Assembly (NCBI GenBank): GCA_017882645.1
Contig: JADGPC010000021.1
Span: forward strand, 1-43,847
Origin: Streptosporangiales bacterium
Lineage (GTDB): Bacteria; Actinomycetota; Actinomycetes; Streptosporangiales; Streptosporangiaceae
Direction: 5' to 3'
Length of the DNA: 43,847 nucleotides
The stretch's first letter is position 1. Each line of letters starts with the position of its first letter. Below the pieces are notes generated by a model. It made no database searches and was not told the DNA's origin. It worked only from the letters and a program-made list of their open reading frames with translations. The position numbers and the translations under genes were made by a program. Below, piece after piece: positions 39,454-43,847 of the stretch.

Positions 39454-40437
39454 CTACCCAGGTGGCCGGCCCGCCATCGCCGCGGCGCGCAGGCTCCGGT
39501 ACAGCAGCTGCTGATCCCCGAGCCGCCGGCGCAGCTCGCGCTCGAGGCCGCCGATGGGAACCAGGTTCTGCGGCGCGCGCGGGTCCTTGTGCGGCACGCT
39601 GGCCAGCGGAGGCAGCACCCGGGCGGTCAGGTCGGCGAGCGCGGTGACCGCGGCGGCGGGCAGGTCAGCCGAGCACTCCAGCCGGACCACCCCTGACCAG
39701 GGCGCCCCGGCGGTGCCGGGGAGCCGGAGGTACCACGAGCTGCGCCGCCAGGAAGTGCCCATCGTGAACGCCGGCGTTCGCTGGCCTGGCCGCAACGCGG
39801 CCACCACCGCGGCCTGCTCGGCCGGCAGGTACGACGCGTGATGCGTCTTGACGTAGCCGACGGTCCGGTCCAGGTGCGTGCGCCCGCGCAGCGGGCCGTC
39901 GACGACGAGCAGATCGTCGCCGGCCTGGTGCCGGGCCCGGAAGGCCAGCGCGAGCTGTACCTCGGCGTCGGTGAGCCGCTGCTGGAGCGCGAGCGACAGC
40001 TGATCGGCCCCGGGCCCGGCGGCGAGCCGCGCCGGGTACCGCGCGGACCTGGTCACTAGGTCGGTTGCGTCCGGTGCGGCGGTGAACAGGCCGCGCTCGA
40101 CGGCGACGTCCGCAATCCGCGCAGCCCCGTCGCAGGCCACGATGCCGGCCGCGTAGGACGCGGCGATGCCCGGGCCAGGCTGCGGGTCGCCGCCGTGGAC
40201 CCAGATGCTCGCGTCGATCCGGCGCACCCCGTCGAGGAAAAGGACCAGGCCGGGAAGCGCGGGGGCCGGATCAGGATCGAGCGGCCGCCACTGCGCGGCC
40301 GGCACCTCGAGGTCCAGGTGCAGCTCGGCCGTCGACGCGGCCATCGCCCCGCCGTCCAGCTCGTCCCCGAACGCCATCCCGTAGCCGGGATCCCACGGGT
40401 CCACCGTGAACGAGACGGCCCCGCCCGCCGCGGTCAC
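39454..40437 (-). CDS. Hypothetical protein, NurA-like (RNase-H-fold nuclease) candidate, translationally coupled to sbcC
   Basis: 327-aa ORF. GTG 40437 overlaps the sbcC stop (GTGA). The ordered acidic/His motifs are LVLFLDGVRR (D69), VAVERG (E114), DLLVVDGPLRG (D180) and GYVKTHH (H199/H200). These echo the D-E-D-H arrangement and the hhhhDGxL signature of NurA nucleases. Assignment is by eye only. Confidence 0.45.
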   Translation of the reverse strand: MTAAGGAVSFTVDPWDPGYGMAFGDELDGGAMAASTAELHLDLEVPAAQWRPLDPDPAPALPGLVLFLDGVRRIDASIWVHGGDPQPGPGIAASYAAGIVACDGAARIADVAVERGLFTAAPDATDLVTRSARYPARLAAGPGADQLSLALQQRLTDAEVQLALAFRARHQAGDDLLVVDGPLRGRTHLDRTVGYVKTHHASYLPAEQAAVVAALRPGQRTPAFTMGTSWRRSSWYLRLPGTAGAPWSGVVRLECSADLPAAAVTALADLTARVLPPLASVPHKDPRAPQNLVPIGGLERELRRRLGDQQLLYRSLRAAAMAGRPPG

Positions 40438-42878
40438 GCGATGCCTTCCTTGCGCAGCGTTGACGTGGTTCCCGCGCGGCTGACCACGAAGCGGACCGGG
40501 ACGCGCTCGGCCAGCGCGGGCACGTGCGTGATGATTCCGATCATCCGGTCGGAGTCGGCCGAGAGCCGCTCGAGCGTGGCTCCGACGGTCTCGAGCGTGT
40601 CCTCGTCCAGCGTGCCGAAGCCCTCGTCGAGGAACATCGAGTTCAGGTCGCGCCTGCCCGCCGAGAGTCCGATCACCTGCCGGGACAACGCAAGAGCCAG
40701 GGCGAGCGAGGCCTGGAACGTCTCGCCGCCCGACAGCGTGTGCACCGGCCGCCTGGCCCCGGCGTCCTGGTAATCGATCACGAACAGGTCGTTGCGCTCG
40801 TCGCGGTCGAGCTGGTACTGCCCGCCGGACAGCTCGAGCAGCGTCGCCGACGCCTCGGCGACCAGCGAGTCGAGGGCCTCGCCGCAGAGCCAGCGCTCGA
40901 ATGACGACGCCCGCAGCAGCCGGCCCAGCATGGTCGCGACCTGTTCCTCCTCCCGGTGCGCCCGGATCTGGTCGTCAAGTCCGCCGGCCTGGGCCCGGCT
41001 GGCGCGGACGGCGGCAAGCTTGTTCGCTGCGCGTTCCCGGTGCGTCGCGACCGCGGCCTCGCACTGGCCAGGATCGGAGACTTCGGTGATGCCGTGCTCG
41101 GCCAGCTGCCCGGCCAGCGCGGCCTGCACGTCCGTGACCTGGCGGTGCAGGGCGCCGGCTGCCGCGTCGAGGTCCGCCTGGTGCGCCTGGCGCTCGTCCT
41201 GCTGCGTCCTGGCCCATCCGGTGAGCGCGTCCCACGCCGCGGACAGGTCCTGGCCGGCCGTGGCCGGAGCACCGAGCCGGACGACGGAGTCGCGCGCGGT
41301 GCCGAGATCAGCCCAGGCCCGCCGCTCGTCCTCGCTGAGGCTGGCCCGTTCTGCCTCGGCCCCGGCCAGTGCCTGCCGTGCGGCCCTGGCTGCCTGCTGG
41401 GCACGGCCGAGCAGCTTGTCCGCCGTCGCGATCGCTTCGAGCGACGCACGGACCTCGACTTCGCCCGGCGCGCCGTCCAGTGCGGCGGACACCCGGTCGA
41501 GCTGTCTCTGCGTCTCCTCGACATCCCGGCCCGCCACGGCCGCGGCCCTGGCGGCCTGGTCATGCGCGGAGTGGGCCCGCTTCACCTCGCTGGCCGCCCG
41601 GTCGGCCGCGGCCTGTGCTTCCATCAGGTCGGCCGGGACCGGGTGGTGTGGCAGCGACGTGACGCGCCGCAGGCAGACTGGGCAGTCGGCGCCGACGGTC
41701 AGATCCTGAGCCAGCGCGACGGCGGCATGGGTCCGGTCGGTGGCGGCTAGTTCCCGCCTGGCCTCGGTGAGCTTGGCCTCGGCGGACGTCAGCGCCGCCG
41801 ACCGCGCATCCAGATCGGCACGCCGGACGGCCAGCGCCTGTTCCTGCTGCTCCAGGCGGGTCCGAAGCCCGGAGTGCTCCGCGTAGGCCTCGCGCAGCCG
41901 CTCGGTGCGCGTCTTGTCGGGCAGTGCGTCACGGGCCTGCTGGGCCGCCAGCTCGGCGTGCTCCGCGGCGTCCCGCTGCTCCGTTCGTTCGGCGACCAGT
42001 CCGGCGGCGGCGCCGATCCGCCTGGCCAGGCCCGCCACCTCGGCGGGAACGCGGATGGCGGCCAGCAGTGCGGCATCGGCGGCGGTCGCCCTGGCTTGCT
42101 CCGCTGCCCGGCCGGCCTGCTCGGTGAGGCCGCGCAGCGCCGACAGCTTCTCCTGCACCACGCTGGCGAGCTCCGCGAGCGTCTGCACCCTGGCTGCGGC
42201 CAGATTCTCCGCCTCCGCACTCACGTCAGCGAGTCCCTGCCTGGCCGCCTGCGCCGTCCGCAGCCGTTCCCTGGCCAGGTCAGCCCGCCTGCGGGCCTGC
42301 TGGCCGATCAGGTTGTAGACGCCGAACGCGAGGAGCTCGACCAGCAGGTCCTGCCGGTCGGCCGCCTTGGCGTGCAGGAACTCCGAGAACCGGCCCTGCG
42401 GCAGCAGCACGGACTGGGTGAAGTGCTCGTAGGTCAGGCCCAGGATGTCCTGCACCGCCGACTTGACCTGGTCTGGTCCCTCAGCGAGCGCCTCGATGCT
42501 GGCCGCGAGCAGGTCGGCGAGCGGAGCGCTGGCCGGCACCTGCGGGTCAAGCACCTCCAGCCTGGCCTCCTTGGTATGCACCAGGCCTTTCTTATCCCTG
42601 GTCAGCGCCCTGACCACGCCGTACCGCCGGCCAGCAGCCTCGAAGACGAGGCAGACCCGGCACGAGTTCGCGGCGGGTGCCAGCGCCTGTGCGATCAGGT
42701 TCTCCCGCCCCCACCTGGGCACCGTCCCGTACAAGGCGAAGCACAGACCGTCGATGACCGTGCTCTTCCCCGCGCCGGTCGGGCCGACCAGGGCGAAGAA
42801 GTCCACGTCGGCGAAGTCCGCCTCGGCTGGCTCGCGGTAGGAGCCGAACCCGTCGAGAAGCAGTCGCAGCGGCCGCAT
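40434..42878 (-). CDS. sbcC: SbcC / Rad50-type SMC-like ATPase (exonuclease subunit)
   Basis: 814-aa ORF. Walker A is LVGPTGAGKSTVIDG. A long Ala/Glu/Arg/Leu-rich coiled coil carries a central CPVC zinc hook (41673-41684). Signature LSGGETFQASLALALALS, Walker B MFLDEGFGTLD and H-loop IGIITHV are all present. The ATG overlaps the sbcD stop (TGATG). Confidence 0.9.
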   Translation of the reverse strand: MRPLRLLLDGFGSYREPAEADFADVDFFALVGPTGAGKSTVIDGLCFALYGTVPRWGRENLIAQALAPAANSCRVCLVFEAAGRRYGVVRALTRDKKGLVHTKEARLEVLDPQVPASAPLADLLAASIEALAEGPDQVKSAVQDILGLTYEHFTQSVLLPQGRFSEFLHAKAADRQDLLVELLAFGVYNLIGQQARRRADLARERLRTAQAARQGLADVSAEAENLAAARVQTLAELASVVQEKLSALRGLTEQAGRAAEQARATAADAALLAAIRVPAEVAGLARRIGAAAGLVAERTEQRDAAEHAELAAQQARDALPDKTRTERLREAYAEHSGLRTRLEQQEQALAVRRADLDARSAALTSAEAKLTEARRELAATDRTHAAVALAQDLTVGADCPVCLRRVTSLPHHPVPADLMEAQAAADRAASEVKRAHSAHDQAARAAAVAGRDVEETQRQLDRVSAALDGAPGEVEVRASLEAIATADKLLGRAQQAARAARQALAGAEAERASLSEDERRAWADLGTARDSVVRLGAPATAGQDLSAAWDALTGWARTQQDERQAHQADLDAAAGALHRQVTDVQAALAGQLAEHGITEVSDPGQCEAAVATHRERAANKLAAVRASRAQAGGLDDQIRAHREEEQVATMLGRLLRASSFERWLCGEALDSLVAEASATLLELSGGQYQLDRDERNDLFVIDYQDAGARRPVHTLSGGETFQASLALALALSRQVIGLSAGRRDLNSMFLDEGFGTLDEDTLETVGATLERLSADSDRMIGIITHVPALAERVPVRFVVSRAGTTSTLRKEGIA

Positions 42879-43847
42879 CAGGCTCCTTCCGTCGCAGCCA
42901 GGCTGGAACCTTCAGATCCGGTGACCTCGTCAAGCAGCTCGGCGAACATGGCGCTGATCCGCGGATCGGCCACGCTCTGCTCGGCCAGGTAGTCGCCGAA
43001 CAGCTCCAGCGGGCTCCGGCCGGCCCGGCTTGGCCGACCGCCTGGATCGCCCCCGGGACGGGGCCGGTGCGCATCGTCGAGCAGCACCTCGAGGGTGCCG
43101 GGCAGCTTCTCCCTGACCAGGTCGCCCAGTCCGGCGCGGGCCGGCTCAGCGAGCACCACCCGCAGGTAAGCCGCACCGGCCTGTTCCCCTTCCTCGATCA
43201 CCTGGTCCAGCGTCCCGCGCAGGGTCTTCAGGCGGCGGGCACCGGACACCGGAACTGCCCTGGCGTCCGCGCGGACGCCAGGCTCGGCCGTCACGATCAG
43301 CGCGGCCGACTCGTTGGCCTCCTCCCCGAAGTCGATCGGCAGCGGGGAACCGGAGTAGAAGATCGGACACGGCCCGGGGATCTCCTGCTGGCGGTGCAGG
43401 TGCCCGAGCGCGACATAGTGCGCGCTGGCCGGGAACATGCTGGCCGGCAGCTCGTAGTCCAGGGTGGTCTGCACCTCACGCTCGCCGCCGCCGCGGCGGC
43501 CGCCGAGCAGCGTGCCGTGCGCCATGATCACGTTGACGGCGTCCTCGGTGAAGCCCTCAGTCAGCAGCCGCACGATCTCGGCAACCCGCTGCGCATAGTC
43601 GAGCGCGTGCTCGGCGAATTCATGGAAGATCACCTCGGCTGCGCGCACCGCGTACCGGTGCGACAGGAAAGGAAGCGCCGCCACCTTCACCTCGTTGCCT
43701 GCCCTGGTGCGCAGCGACAGCAGGCCGCCCGCGTTCGGCCGCTTGGGCAGGCCCAGTACATGCATCCCGATCTCGCCGAGCACCGGCCGGTATACCGCCT
43801 CGATCAGGGACTGGTTGTCATGGTTGCCGGCGATGACGACGACCTCA
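42878..43847 (-). CDS. sbcD: SbcD / Mre11-type nuclease, C-terminal ~320 codons; 5' end lies outside the window
   Basis: The reverse frame is open to the window edge and reads EVVVIAGNHDNQSLIEAVYRP... (the GNHD phosphoesterase motif), then IMAHGTLLGG and HYVALGHLHRQQ (GHxH motif). The track lists only the part from an internal Met (42878..43783). Confidence 0.88.
   Translation of the reverse strand, partial: EVVVIAGNHDNQSLIEAVYRPVLGEIGMHVLGLPKRPNAGGLLSLRTRAGNEVKVAALPFLSHRYAVRAAEVIFHEFAEHALDYAQRVAEIVRLLTEGFTEDAVNVIMAHGTLLGGRRGGGEREVQTTLDYELPASMFPASAHYVALGHLHRQQEIPGPCPIFYSGSPLPIDFGEEANESAALIVTAEPGVRADARAVPVSGARRLKTLRGTLDQVIEEGEQAGAAYLRVVLAEPARAGLGDLVREKLPGTLEVLLDDAHRPRPGGDPGGRPSRAGRSPLELFGDYLAEQSVADPRISAMFAELLDEVTGSEGSSLAATEGA

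Overview
High-G+C (by eye about 70%) Actinomycetota-type chromosomal DNA, densely coding on both strands. All family calls come from reading motifs by eye; no database search was possible. No rRNA, tRNA or CRISPR array was seen.

Left to right:
- a molybdopterin oxidoreductase / flavin reductase pair, with a divergent DHA2-type MFS transporter
- a compact Rho paralogue preceded by a C-rich triple tandem repeat
- a DUF1801 gene
- three translationally coupled giant reverse-strand ORFs (2313, 1195 and 1118 aa; 4624-18513, 13.9 kb). This is the dominant feature. I cannot assign them to any named family. They carry only fragmentary domain signals: an OmpA/MotB-like peptidoglycan-binding motif, an FN3-like module, a phage-tail-fibre-like N-terminal motif, and a catalytically degenerate PLD/HKD fold.
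- a GNAT gene plus a kinase relic
- a LacI-linked GH39-like / GH144-like glycosidase operon with a perfect palindromic operator
- the Lhr helicase
- a belt of decayed genes (collapsed ECF-sigma locus, frameshifted DUF222-HNH element, otsA remnant) interleaved with intact acyl-CoA dehydrogenase, HAD phosphatase and CYTH-CHAD genes
- a lipoprotein gene
- an sbcD-sbcC pair translationally coupled to a NurA-like ORF, followed by a lower-GC single-HKD PLD nuclease

The best candidates for something new are the giant three-gene unit and the sbcDC / NurA-like / PLD array.
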